DNA of 64,000 nucleotides from assembly GCF_028641065.1 (NCBI RefSeq), contig NC_073381.1, positions 17,608,001 through 17,672,000 on the forward strand, in the 5' to 3' direction. Below are positions 47,486 through 62,067 of this stretch, piece by piece. Each line of letters begins with the position of its first letter. The stretch's first letter is position 1. This stretch comes from Leucoraja erinacea. Its lineage: Eukaryota. The notes below the pieces were generated by a model. That model had not been told where the DNA came from. It worked only from the letters and a program-made list of their open reading frames with translations, and ran no database searches. The position numbers and the translations under genes are program-made.

Positions 47486-47929
47486 TCATCTACTTTAATC
47501 ATTTCCTTTATTGATGGGAGTAGCTCAAATGTCTGTTCTGTACATTATAAACAACTTGCATTTATTTCTTATAACATGGGGACATACACTGATTTTGGAG
47601 AAAAAAAACAAATGCTAAATAACTTTTTAAATAGTGAGCGATTGGGAGATGTTCATGTTCAAAGATTCCTTGTACAAAAGTTATTAAAATTAACATTCAG
47701 GTGTTGCAAATGATTAGGAAGGTTAATCATATGATGGCCTTTATGGCTATACAGTTTAAGTACAGGAGTAAAGATGTCTTATTATAATTATAGAGGACCC
47801 CAGTCAAACCGATATCTGAAGTGTTGTGTACAATTTCGGTCTTATTATCAGGCACCAGAAAGATTTGAAAACAAGTGATTTTTAAAAATCGAGGCACATT
47901 GGAAGGAATGGATACCAAACAAGACTTAC

Positions 47930-48181
47930 ATTTGGGATTCTTCTGCTTCATGGCCCTGGCCTTGGCGAGATCGAAGTGTATGTTGTCCGTGGTCTCACAC
48001 AGAAGGATGATCCGACAGAGACACTCCGAGGCAAACACGCGAGTGGCCCACCTCGGGGCAACGCAAGGCTTTGATTTTTCATCATCTCCTGTGCCAGTGA
48101 ACATAATCTCATCGTCCATTTCATCTTTCTTCTCCCCATCTTCATCCCTTGTTGCCTCCAACAGACCTACAGCACCTGCAT
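47930..48181 (-). CDS. HEATR5B: HEATR5B coding exon
   Basis: EKKDEMDDE...[11 protein letters not shown]...HFDLAKAR. Confidence 0.94.
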
Positions 48182-49214
48182 CTGTAGAGTTGTGAGAGAA
48201 AATCCCAAATTAAAATAGATTGAAGAGCTGAATATAGAATTCAGGACAACACGACTGTAAGCACTGACAGCACCTCAATAATGAGATATTACAGTGAGGT
48301 TCTAGTTGCCCCGTCAGGTGGGAAAGAAATTTATCTCACGGCTCTATTTAATGAGCAAGGGAATTCTCTCCTGAGGCTCGGCTAATGTTCATCATTCAAT
48401 GATCATCAATAAAATAGATAATATTGTTATTATCATTATGTTGGTTGGCAGATTATTGTGTGTAAATTGTTGGGCAAAAACTCCATATCTCTCCTCTGAA
48501 ACCGTCAGCAAGTGCAGGAATTACCACTCAAGTGCACAAAAGCCAGACTCAACAGAGTTAGATCACGTCACGTGCATTAGATTTGTGTGTTAATGAGTGT
48601 TGACAATCTCTCTTTATAGTTAATGCACTACAATGTTTACATTGCTTAAATATGTTGATGTGGCAGCTAAAAAGATTCTCTAGCTGTGCCCGAATCTAGA
48701 ACAAGAGGACAAAAGGCAAACTGTTTTCAGGAGGATAACAGGCAACATGTCAAAACATCAAAAATGGAAATCTGGAATGCTCCCTGGCAAAAAGCTGCTT
48801 AGATTGGCAGTCAATTGAAAATGTCAAAATGGATTGATAGATTTGTATTGGACAAATTGTTAAAGGTTATGGAATCAAGTAGATGAAGTTAAGATCAGCC
48901 TTTACTGAATTGAAAAGTGGAACAGTTTCAAAGGGCTAATTATTGGAGGTTTCCAGTAATACTCGGCAAAAAAAGCAAAGAATTAGGATTGCTAAATTAT
49001 TTTGTTACCAATGACCACAGTTGACGTGTAAAACATGGAAGCGACCTTGGAAATAGAAACATCAATCTGTAAACACACTTTGGGACCATCAATACCCGAG
49101 ATCAAGCCATGTTAACATACCAGTTCCTACAAAAGATGTATGTCCCGGAGTCAACTAAATTTATTATAGCTTTTTGTTGAGCAGTAGTGTGAACTAATGT
49201 GAGTAGTTAACAAA

Positions 49215-49617
49215 CATCGGAGAGAGACCATAGATGTCAGGAAGACCAACAATGCAGAAGGTTCGACAAGCCCCGACCTGGGATCCGGTCACTGGCGCGC
49301 GGGAGCTGAGATTCGCCCCCGATGCGGGAGCTTGATCGCACCGACGCGGAGGGCCCGACCGCCGGCTACGGGAGTAAAATCTCCCCGTCAACAGAAGGTT
49401 TGAGGCCCCCAACCGCAAGAGAACAAAGAAGAGAAGACACTTAACTTTTTTTCGCCTTCCATTACAGTGAGGAATGTGGAGGAGTCACTGTGGTGGATGT
49501 TTATGTTAAAATATATTTTATGTGTTCTGTTGCTTTTTATTTGTATGACTGACTTGGCAAATCAAATTCCTCATATGTTGCAAAACATACTTGGCTAATA
49601 AAGTATTATTGTATTGT
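49215..49617 (+). mobile_element. Unclassified CpG-rich retroposon
   Basis: Same tail family as 44110-44815; AATAAA followed by (TATTG)n. Confidence 0.45.
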
Positions 49618-49800
49618 ACATGTCAGGAATGGATGTCAAAACAGGCTTAATGGTCGCAATAACCTCCTCTTGTTCCCATGTCCCTAATTCTCCCACTTGC
49701 ATTGTGTATGCCATGCATGGATTGCACCCTTGCCTGGATTGGCACTAGCAGGAGTGTTGGAGGGGAAGAGGCCAAGGAATAGAAACAAATCCAAAAATCA

Positions 49801-50031
<231 letters not shown>

Positions 50032-50594
50032 TCAGTCACATCACACTTATTACCAGGAAATTCCTGTTGAACTGCTTTGTATCAGGTCTTTAAAACAGAG
50101 AGAGAGAGATAGGCTACCAAAGCAAACACAAGAACTATGCATGCACTGAATTCTACCTATTGAACGGGCATGTCTAGAATTCTAAGTTATTTTGATTGCA
50201 TAATGTGGGAAACATTATTTCTACCAGCAGGGTCGAGTAATTATTAATCAAAACAGATAATTTTAATACAAGTGGCAAAACAACCAAATAGAAGATTTAG
50301 ATAATTTCTTTAAGCAAAGATTTGTTATCTTGTATTTCTCAGTCAAAAAGGTGGTCTGAGAAATAAAACAATTGTAGCTCTCTGGGAAAAGCAAGCGGGT
50401 GGGGTTAATTGCAAAATTCTGGCAAAGTGCAAGGTGGACCAAATGGCTTCAGTGGAAAAAAAAAAGCAAGTTCAGTGTGGTTTTTGGTCAAATCAAACTT
50501 TTAAAACATCCCCATGCTATCAGTGTTGACAATCTCCCATGAATGTTTTCAAAACACACTTTAGATTTTAGAATTGCTGTAAAGAGGTTAGGGC

Positions 50595-51955
50595 AGTATT
50601 ATAGGAAGGACGTGGAGGCTTTGGAGAGGGTGTCGGTTTACCAGAATGCTGCCTGGATTGGAGTGCATTAGCTATAAAGAGGGGTTGGACAAAAATGAAC
50701 TGTTTTCTCCTGAGCATCAGAGGCTGCGGGGAGACTTGACAGAAGTATATTAAATTATGAAAGGCATAGACGGAGTAAACATTGAAAACCTTTTTCCCAG
50801 GGTAGAAATGTCAAAGAATGGAGGGCATAGCTTTAAGGCGAGAAGGGAAAGTTCAAAGGACTTTCCCTGTACATCCACTTGCAAGAATCTGTCTCCATTA
50901 CTATTCCTGCCAGTACATTTCACAACCTAACCATCCTTTGTAAAAATAAATGTTGCATTTAGTAACATTTTCAATTCTATGTCTTCTCCATACCAATAGA
51001 CAAAGTTTCTCTCTATGTATTATATCTAAATCCTTACAAACATTAAATACCTTTATCAAACCCCTAACAATCTCCTCTGTTCCAAGAGCATCTTCAGCTT
51101 CCATCCATTCACATAACCAAAGTTCTCACATCAAAGTTCCTGGAAGGGCAATGATCCCACTGTTGCTGAGGTGCAACCCATAGCAATAAGGGTCAGGACG
51201 CCTTCCAGTGGTGCAATAGCAGCCAATGTAAATGCATCTTAAACTCTTTGTATACTGGGGTCCAAACGACACTCTTGGAATCATCACTGTGCAACAGTTA
51301 AAACACACTGGAGGCTGAGCTGGTGCTTGACTCAAGCCAGCCGCACAGCAGCATGACCAAGTGTTGAAGATGCCGTTTACCTCATTGTAAACGCAACAGA
51401 TATATTGCGTCCCGCAGTTCATAGCCCTGTGAGGTGAAGGGCCAGTGTTCATTGCTGACATCTATGCCCCAATGATCAGCACACAGCTGCGAGACACCAC
51501 TCTCTCCACCACCAGGTGAAGAAGTTAACCAACCATTAGATTGGAGTGAACATTAATGCTGCTGAGACAAGCAGGGGGATGAGGGGTGATCTTATAGAGG
51601 TGTACAAAAGCATTAGAGGAATTGATCAGATACTGGAAGTCTTTTAGCCCAGAGATGGGGAATCGAGAACTAGAGGTTATAGGTTGAAGGCGAAGGGGAA
51701 AAGATTTAATGGGAACCTGAGGGGAAACCTTTTTTTACACAAAGGGGAGTGGGTGTACAGAACAAGCTGCCGGAGGAGGTAGTGAGGCAGGTACTATAGC
51801 TACGTTTACGAAACATTTAAACAGCTGCATGGATAGGGTGGGCTTAGAGGGATATGGGCCAAAAGCAGGAAGGTGGGACTACTTTAGATGGGTCCTGATA
51901 GTTGTCATGGCAAATAGGGCAGAAGGGTCTGTTTCCACACTGTATGACTCTATGA
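50595..51955 (+). mobile_element. Older CR1 fragments (about 50595-50860 and 51570-51955)
   Basis: LRGDL.EVYK and TRGH-type remnants. Confidence 0.55.
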
Positions 51956-52234
51956 CAAGTAGCGGGTCCAAGGCAGACTAAGTGTAATTACCAAACACAA
52001 TTCAAGAAGCATTTCACTGGCAAAATACAGTGGAGTGATTTTACACATCATACATAAGATATAATCTTCCTCCACTCATTGCATTTTGCTGAAGGAATCA
52101 CTCTGCCTTCACCTGGAGATAACATTGCAATTCTGGACATGGATACAGTGGCTACAGTGGTGGTAATTCCTCTGGACGTGGCTATAGTCTCTTATTGAAT
52201 TGTGGCCAAAAGCCCTACCGTTGCCTCCAATTTA

Positions 52235-52516
<282 letters not shown>

Positions 52517-52864
52517 CTAAAGTAGCTGGCGTCGACTGCCTGTGTTGATGGTGGGAGTTCAGAAGGTGAAATAAATGTAGATATCCATGATCTGTACTGA
52601 GCTCAATATACACAAAAATGGATCGAGGTATTTGACTCTGGAGTCTAAAATATTCATCTTTACATCAAACTTTATGACCGAGACAAAGGTAGTTTGAACC
52701 ACTGCTCTATGTTATTATTACATTCAACAAGCTTCCTCCCAGCATACTTCATGTAAGCCCATCAATGTATCTTTCCATTCCTTTGCTCTCACTTCCGGAT
52801 TAATCATGTTTCCTCTCAATTTATTTGTAACACCCGCTTTGTTTGCCTACATTATCGGCAATGC

Positions 52865-53202
52865 TCCAGCTGCCAGCCCGGTGACATTGGGAGCTCGCTG
52901 GTGGGAGACCGCTTTTCGGAGCTCCCGGAGCGGGGCCTTACATCGCCCGGCGCGGCTTTAACGGCTGCGGGACTTGCCATCGCCCGCCGGGGGCTCTAAC
53001 ATCGGGAGAAGAATGGAAAACAGGGAGAGACAGTGACTTTGCCTTCCATCACAGTGAGGAGGAGATTCACTGTGATGGATGTTCGTGTAAATTGTTTTAA
53101 TTGTGTGTCTTGGTTTTTTTTCCCTTGTTGTATGACTGCAGAAACCAAATTTTGTTTGAACTTCATTTGAGGATCAAATGATAATAAACGGTATTGTATT
53201 GT
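52865..53202 (+). mobile_element. Unclassified CpG-rich retroposon
   Basis: Same tail family; (GTATT)n end. Confidence 0.45.
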
Positions 53203-53616
53203 AAAGAAGTTTCTTTTGAATTCCTTGTTAGATTTATGAGTGACCATCTTATAATTACGCCCTCAGGTTATGTGGGAACCTCTACATGATGGAACAATTT
53301 CATCATCAAATGTTTCTCTAGCTCCTCAAAGACTCCTTCATCATGTTGTAGGTGTGTACAAGGAGAGACACAAGGCCACTATTCTGTCCATCACTGCAGC
53401 TGATGCTGAAGGAACACAGAGCAGGATAGTCCTACTTCTCACAGCTTTCCAATATACATTGTACAAATGATGAGACATTCCCCAGAGATTTTGTGCATTA
53501 ATGCCTTAAAGTATTTTAAAGCCAATTAAGCAAAAGGACATGCGGCCGGCAAAAATATGCACAGCAAGTTCCCATAAACAATCGTATACAATGGTCACTT
53601 GCTTCTTTTATATTTC

Positions 53617-53853
53617 TAAGAGATAGATTGCGGAAACAGGCCCTTCGGCCCACCAGTGATCCTCATACATTAGCACCATCCTACATACACTTGGGGCAAT
53701 TTACAATCTTTACCGAGCCAATTAACCTACAAACCTGTACATCATTGGATTACGGAGGAAACAGGAGCACCCGGAGAAAACCCACACCGTCACGGGGAAA
53801 CGTCTTTTCATTTTGCACTGTACAGCTGTTGCTTTGCAAGATGACAATAAAGG

Positions 53854-53886
<33 letters not shown>

Positions 53887-53966
53887 AATGTACAAACTCC
53901 GTGCAGACAGCAACTGTCGTCAGGATCAAACCCGGGTCTCTGGCGCTGTAGTCTAACACTGCACCA
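53617..53966 (+). mobile_element. HE1-like SINE (minus strand) interrupted by a plus-strand (GATT)n-tailed fragment at about 53800-53885
   Basis: SINE body on the minus strand matches 57020-57330; the internal fragment ends GACAATAAA followed by (GATT)n. Confidence 0.6.
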
Positions 53967-54205
53967 TCTGTTTTAATGATGTTGATTAAGGTCTGCATGA
54001 AGAGCTCCCTGCAAAATGGGCATGGGACCAAGATTAGTCTACCACTGAAGGTCACAACACTTCTGAAAGTGAGGCCTCAGTCATCCATTGGTAACGCTGG
54101 ATCATTTGCTCACGTCTCTGGAATGGCTAGAAGGCAAATATGTTTCACATCCGAGCCACAGCCATAGCCACATTGTTGGCACTACCTTTGCTCAGTTCCA
54201 CTTAC

Positions 54206-54375
54206 GCACAGACTGGGCACCAGACTGGACAGATTGACGTGACGTGGTGCGAACATATGCAGCTGCTGAAGGCAGGATATGGCTGCTGCCTGTGCAAGGG
54301 AATCAGAGTGATCTTGCATGATGGCACAGCCCACGAGGCATGAAGAGCGAATTGTAGATGTGGAAGCTCCATTAC
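54206..54375 (-). CDS. HEATR5B: HEATR5B coding exon
   Basis: [19 protein letters not shown]...[21 protein letters not shown]. Confidence 0.95.
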
Positions 54376-54468
54376 CTGGAAAGAAGTAAATACCATTTAA
54401 AAGCCTGGGTGGAGATTGCAACAGCATGCCATGCAACTGTGGCAATTTCTGAATGGTACAAACATTTC

Positions 54469-54843
54469 CAAAACTTACAACATTCTTAAGGGGTTGGATA
54501 GGCTAGATGCAGGAAGATTGTTCCCGATGTTGGGGAAGTCCAGAACAAGGGGTCACAGTTTAAGGATAAGGGGGAAATCGTTTAGGACCGAGATGAGGAA
54601 AACATTTTTCACAGAGAGAGTGGTGAATCTCTGGAATTCTCTGCCATAGAAGGTAGTTGAGGCCAGTTCATTGGCTATATTTAAGAGGTTGGATGTGGCC
54701 CATGTGGCTAAGGGGATCAGGGGGTATGGAGAGAAGGCAGGTACAGGATACTGAGTTGGATGATCAGCCATGATCATATTGAATGGCGGTGCAGGCTCGA
54801 AGGGCCGAATGGCCTACTCCTGCACCTACTTTCTATGTTTCCA
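54469..54843 (+). mobile_element. CR1 3' fragment
   Basis: Young family with conserved tail. Confidence 0.85.
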
Positions 54844-55317
54844 TAATAAGGGGATATATTTTCAAAAAAGTGAATCAATGCACTAATAGGATTTTGACTA
54901 CAAAAAAAACAAGTAAGAGTCAGAACAACAAAGAACGTGCTTCAGCTGGGGCAATTTTAAAGTATTTAAAACCCACTGGAGGTTTCTGAGTTGCTGTCAC
55001 TGTTATAGCATTATGTCTTCATGCAGGCAAGTGCCAGGCAGAAAATAAAGACTACAGTTGCCAGAAACGTAAAACAAAAAATATATTTTCACAAATGAAG
55101 CCCAGACCCAAAACATTAACTGTTTCAGCAGATGCTGCTCTTTCAACAGATCCAACATTTTGTGTGTTGTTGGATGTTCAAACAATCTATTTGCCGCAGT
55201 GTGAGGGAGGGGGACACGTCAGAATTGCCCACAGTTTCTGAGGATTACTCACACACATCCGAGAAGGCAGATGAGACTTTACATCATCTGACAACATAGC
55301 ACTTTCTCAGCAAAGCT

Positions 55318-55612
55318 GCCACAGCCAGACATAAAAACAGCTTTTTTCCACGAGTAGTAGCTCTACTCAATAACCAAAAATCTGCAGCCTCCGTTTGCTC
55401 TGGTATTTTAAATAAATGTTTAATCAATAATGTTTAATTAAAAATGTTTAATGTTTTATGTATCATTCTTAACTGTCACTGTATGTTATGTTGTCACTTG
55501 CGGGCGGAGCACCAAGGCAAATTCCTTGTATGTGAATACTTGGCCAATAAACATATTCATTCATCCATTCATTCATCCATTCATCCATCCATTCATCATC
55601 ATTCATTCATTC
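55318..55612 (+). mobile_element. Rex1/Babar-type 3' fragment
   Basis: TARHKNSFFPRVVALLN followed by an (ATTC/ATCC)n tail. Confidence 0.6.
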
Positions 55613-55696
55613 GGTGCTCAAGTCTTTTGGAACTGGAAACAACAACCTTCTAGCCCAGTGCAATAAATCTCCCAACTGTCCCACACACGACTCAAA

Positions 55697-56683
<987 letters not shown>

Positions 56684-57019
56684 TTAACCTGGTCCGTTCA
56701 AGCTAAAACTGTATTTTGCACCATGCTATTACCCTCAGTAAGATTTCATATAACGTGGAAGAACTGGGTTCAGAGTTTAAATCTAGATGAAGTAGATCAG
56801 TTATCTCCTGCTGAACTGGGAAGATGTTTGATTTACATTGCAATCAAAGGGTACAATCATTCCCTCTTCTCCCCTCTCCTGTTGAGAAAAAGCTACAAAA
56901 GCTTGACAACTCGTACCACCATATTCAAGAAAAGCCTCTTCCCTGATATTATCTCACTATTGAAAGGTTCTTCCTTAATCTAAGGAATGTATTTCCAATT
57001 GCCCGATTTACCTTTGGTT

Positions 57020-57330
57020 TAGTTTAGAGATAGAGCATGGAAACAGGCCCTTCGGCCCACCAGGTCCGCGCCAACCAGCGATCCCTGCACATTAACACTA
57101 TCCTACACCCACTAGGGACTTTTTGTTTTACATTTACCAAGCCAATTAACCTACAAACCTGTACGTCTTTAGAGTGTGAGAGGAAACCGAAGATCTCGGA
57201 GAAAACCCATGCAGAACACGAGGAGAACACACAAACTCCATGCAGACAGCTCCCGTAGTCAGGATCGAACCCGGGTCTCCAGCGCAGCATTCGCTGTAAG
57301 GCAGCAACTCTAACGCTGTGCCACCGTGAC
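57020..57330 (-). mobile_element. HE1-like SINE
   Basis: B box GGTTCGATCCT on the minus strand; CTCTAAACTAAAC tail. Confidence 0.75.
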
Positions 57331-57656
57331 CTGCAACCTTGGTGCTTCACTTGCTCTTCCTTATCTGCACTTTATGTAACACTAAATTCTTCACTGTTTC
57401 CCTTCTCTTTTGCACTACCTACTTACTTGTGTATGGTTTGATTGTACTCAGGTGTGGTATGATTTGTCTGGTTAGCACAAAACACGGTATTTTCCACCGT
57501 TTCTTGTGCACGTAATAAAAATAAACCAACACTAATGTTAATGAATTACGTAAAATATGACTCTTGAAAGGAACAAGTTTGGGTGGGAGAGGAGTATAAT
57601 GAACAAGGCATTGGGAATGTCAATGACTGAGGCTCCTATGTCACAACAGGGCGTAC

Positions 57657-57847
57657 TTGTCAAAACTGTGCTGGGCCATCCTGGCTATGAAGGTGGCCTC
57701 TCCGACTACTTGAGCCATCCTTCCCAAAGCTTCCCCAGCAGCACATCGCAAAATTGGATTGGGATTGTCGAGAACTCCCATAACAAGTGCCAGGGCCGAC
57801 TTCCGCACCTCATCAGGGCCCAGAGTACTCTTGTTCTCGGCTAAACC
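57657..57847 (-). CDS. HEATR5B: HEATR5B coding exon
   Basis: [19 protein letters not shown]...[18 protein letters not shown]; not in the ORF track. Confidence 0.95.
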
Positions 57848-57954
57848 CTAAAGAAAGAAAAAAAAAAATCATTAATGGTGCCCTCTGGAGTTCCACATTC
57901 ACAGGCAATAATATACGACAGAATTACTACCGTGCAACAATGAAATAGCCCTAC

Positions 57955-58060
57955 CTTTAGTGCACTAAGCACAGCAGTGAAGATATTAATCTGTACTGCC
58001 TGTTGACGAACACCCTTTGCCTGCTTGATACATTCAGCAAAATGATCCAACATTTGGAGC
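57955..58060 (-). CDS. HEATR5B: HEATR5B coding exon
   Basis: [35 protein letters not shown]. Confidence 0.95.
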
Positions 58061-58460
58061 CTGAAGAAACAGCAACCTATCAATAGGCATCGTCGGGACG
58101 AATATTAATGTTAACAATTATGTAGCCAAGTATTTCTCCAATGGTTATGTTATTGAAAACACAGAAAGGGACGGTGCTTGTGATAAAACCATGGCTTTAT
58201 TGCTCTGAGCGTTTTATTTAACCACAGCAAAATTGTCTGGGATCTCTGCTAGAAGACAGCTCAGTACGTACAATTGGTTGACAGCCCAAGTTCACAATGG
58301 CCAACGTTGCAGACAATAAATTTACACTCTCATTTATAACCCACGGAGGTCTGACAAAAGTACTTAAATTCTTTGGTTTGCTTGGGCCAGATGTGAATTT
58401 GCGGTGTCAGGGTATTGATGAATCTGTCTAAACCAGCAAATACTGGACATTTGATGTATA

Positions 58461-58755
58461 CTTAAGGATAAGGGGGAAATCCTTTAAAACCGAGATGAGG
58501 AGAACTTTTTTCACACAGAGAGTGGTGAATCTCTGGAACTCTCTGCCACAGAGGGTAGTTGAGGCCAGTTCATTGGCTATATTTAAGAGGGAGTTAGATG
58601 TGGCCCTTGTGGCCAAGGGGATCAGAGGGTATGGAGAGAAGGCAGGTACGGGATACTGAGTTGGATGATCAGCCATGATCATATTGAATGGCGGTGCAGG
58701 CTCGAAGGGCCGAATGGCCTACTCCTGCACCTAATTTCTATGTTCTATGTTCTAT
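58461..58755 (+). mobile_element. CR1 3' fragment
   Basis: Young family with conserved tail. Confidence 0.85.
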
Positions 58756-61073
58756 ATGTGAAGGCTGGGAATTAAAGAAAGCACTAAACAGGAACAATCT
58801 AATCTGTTCCTTCATCTCTCCACCACTTTCGCTCAAGCATCTTTTTGTTTCTGCCCCTTGGTGCCATTAAAGACAAATCTTTCAAGTATAGCATTCTTCA
58901 CTATGCATCAGATCCCCATCACAAACTTTTGACAATTGGGAAACCAGCAGGAAAATATCTTTGGGTCCAAAGAGTTCACGGTTCATCCAACTCCATCCAG
59001 AAACCTTCACGACATATCTGTGGAAATCTCTTGCGCTCTCCTATCCACTGGCTTTGTCAGCTTCAACGCTCTGGGTAGTCGCTTATGGTACACTTGCTAT
59101 TCTTTGTCTGCAAGTTCCATTTCATTTTTTTTCTTGATCCAATAACAATGCTTTAGGCGTGTTTCAAATCTCACCACAGGAAACAACATCCCAGGATCAA
59201 AAGTGCCCAGCCTCATCGTACTCACAGAAACAGACCAACGTCATTTAATGGCTCTGTGGCCCTTTGGAATGTCCTGCAAACAAGATGCAAAGGCAGGATC
59301 TTCCTTTTCTACATCATGCAGAAAATTCTGCTTCTTTAAACAAACAACTTCAATTCTGCTAATGGAACTCAGTACCAATTACTCACACCCTTCTGTGTAG
59401 GAAGGAACTGCTGATGCTGATTCATACCCTTCTGTTGTTGTACAAGAGCACTGATTTCTATTTGATTAGGCAGTCAAACCAGGTCAGCGTAGTTAAATGA
59501 TTAATTTCCCTATGGTCGAGTCTGATGTACTGCATAACCTATCTTAATTAAAGGATAACTGTTTCCAGCAAAACCAGGTGGCCATGGCTTGCATTGTGTA
59601 CCCAGGGTGACCAAAAACATCAGTAGGGGATCCATCCCCGTGATATAAATACAACACAGTGACACTGGCTCCAGCTTCAGTAGCTCAAGTTACCAATTCC
59701 ATTCCCATGTTTACTTCTCAAAAACACATTGGTTTTAAATCAAAATAAGATGGCAGAACTTTACTGCTCTTTTTTATCAGGTTTCTCTCGCTCCCCTCCA
59801 TTTAGTGCTGTCCATAACGATTGATATCACCTTCTTCCAGTGCAAGAGAAAATAACTTCCATTTTCCCCACAGAGACAAGATGAAGTCTACAGTGTACTA
59901 TTCTAACATAAAATGGTTACCTTCTTATACGTCAAACATCATAATTCTGTAAACATGCAAGACTGGAGTGATAAGAATTGGCCTGTCCCTTGGAACACTT
60001 CAGTTAGAGACTTATCTTTCTGTGTGAACTCCTGCTTTTGTCAAACTCAAACCAGGAATCTTCCCGACATTACTAATGGCCAAAAATAGATGTGTAGCTG
60101 CTACAGCTTAACTAGCTAGCAGGATCAAAGGTAACAATATAATACTTGGTTGAAACAATAAACCATTGTGCTGACTTCCCTTGATGGAATTTTAGAAGTG
60201 CAGTAATTGATAACATTTATTGCAGCAGTATATTTTGATCTATTTCAAGGAACGCAAGGCCATTACAACCACCAAAACACCCGCAGAAAACAACAAAGAA
60301 AATTCTACCAAAGAACCTCTAATTTATTATCATGATTGAGCAAGAGGTCCAGAGCAATGCCAACCTAATCTGTTAATCAACTCAGCTAGCCGATCAAATG
60401 TGCATAGATGTCCTTCTACACAAGACCATATGCACCACTTTGAGCAGATGCATGTATTGAGGTTAACATAATAGCTCACTCAACATTGAGTAAAGTAAAA
60501 TCACCATGGAATGAAATACTGGCGTCAGACACTCTCCAAATGATCCAATTTTGTACACAGGCGGCACAAAGTTTGCAGTATTGCTATCCCTGCCAACTGC
60601 TAAACTTATGCAACTCTAGGTTTGTCTACATGGAACAATCATATCCCCAATACTGACTTGTGATTTCTGAAAATTAATGCAAATGAAAAGGGCTTTTTTT
60701 GGACAAAAATGAGACAGGAAAGGTTGTCACCAGATTGTTGATTGAGGCAGCGGGGAGGGGGGGTTACAGAATGAACTGGATATTGCCAGATACAAGCTGT
60801 GTGCTTAGTGGGGATTGCTTTTCAGTAAAGGCACTTATACTTCTTGGACCTCTCTACATAAATAGCAGTGTAAAAGTGGTGTCTGAAGAGGGCTTCTTCC
60901 TCCTTCAATTCCACCAAATGACAAATTATCAAGGCTGTTATGTAGCTGCAGTTTACAATTTCCATGCAAAATTAATGGACAGGATGTAAAAAATAACAGT
61001 CTTCAAAACATAATGTTTCGTGCTCCAAAGCTTCAAGGACATAAATACCCAGTTCCACAAATCAAGCACTTGC

Positions 61074-61249
61074 CTATGTTTGAAAGAGACGTGTGGAAAC
61101 ACCACACCAAAGAGGGCAACTGAGGCATCAATGACAGACACTCCAAGGGGCAGGGGTCCAGGCACCGCTTCACCCACTGGGATACGCAGGTAGATAGAGG
61201 ACGGGTCGTGCTCCAGGGCCCCACTTCCAGATGCACTGTTGGGCTGGAG
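61074..61249 (-). CDS. HEATR5B: HEATR5B coding exon (most 5' in window; GC donor)
   Basis: [21 protein letters not shown]...[29 protein letters not shown]; donor AG|GCAAGT. Confidence 0.94.
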
Positions 61250-62067
61250 CTGGGAAAGAAAATGGAAGGAGATTTCTGTTTGTTATTGTCAATCAACTAA
61301 AACACATTACCAATTGGACAAGCTGTTAAGAATAGTCTTCCCCTGAAACTATAAATCCGTGTCTTTCTCTGCAGACCCCGCTGATTTTCAAGATCTGCAA
61401 TATTGTGCTTCTATATTGCTTTGATGTTGATTGAGGGATTATTAGCGAGTTGCTTACTGATGCTCTAGTTATCAGCATGTTGTGGGAATCACATCAGGGG
61501 CCTCAGTGTGTCTTATTTACAAGAAACAGTACCTTCAATAATGCAGTACTACTCGGTGCTGTATACCATTGGGAGTGTCAGCCTATATTCTGTAGGCACC
61601 GTTAATATAAACTTCTGATCATGTCCTCTTATGTTGCTCCAACTTCCTCCTTTATAACCCCGCAGCAGAGTTGTTACAATCCTGGAAATGTACTTATAAG
61701 TGTATTGTGGTGACCAGAATTATGTACAATATTCAAGCAGAAGACCAACTAGCACTTTATACAGTTCTGAAATAACCTCCCTACCCTTCTAATGCTATGG
61801 CTAACAAAAGCATCTCCATGCTTCTGAAACATCTAAAGGACCCCAGTGCAAAGGGTCTCCAGTCATTTACTCCAAGATCCCATTGCCCCATTAATTTTAA
61901 ATTGACCTGCATTGTTGCATCTTCCAAATGGATTACCCGATACATCTCTGATTCAATTCCATCTGCCATCTTTTTTTGTCCAATTGACCAGATTATCTCA
62001 TCACTCCTGCAATTTCAAGCATCTGTCAACTTTTTCATCATTACTACTAGATTGAAGTCTTCAGTCA

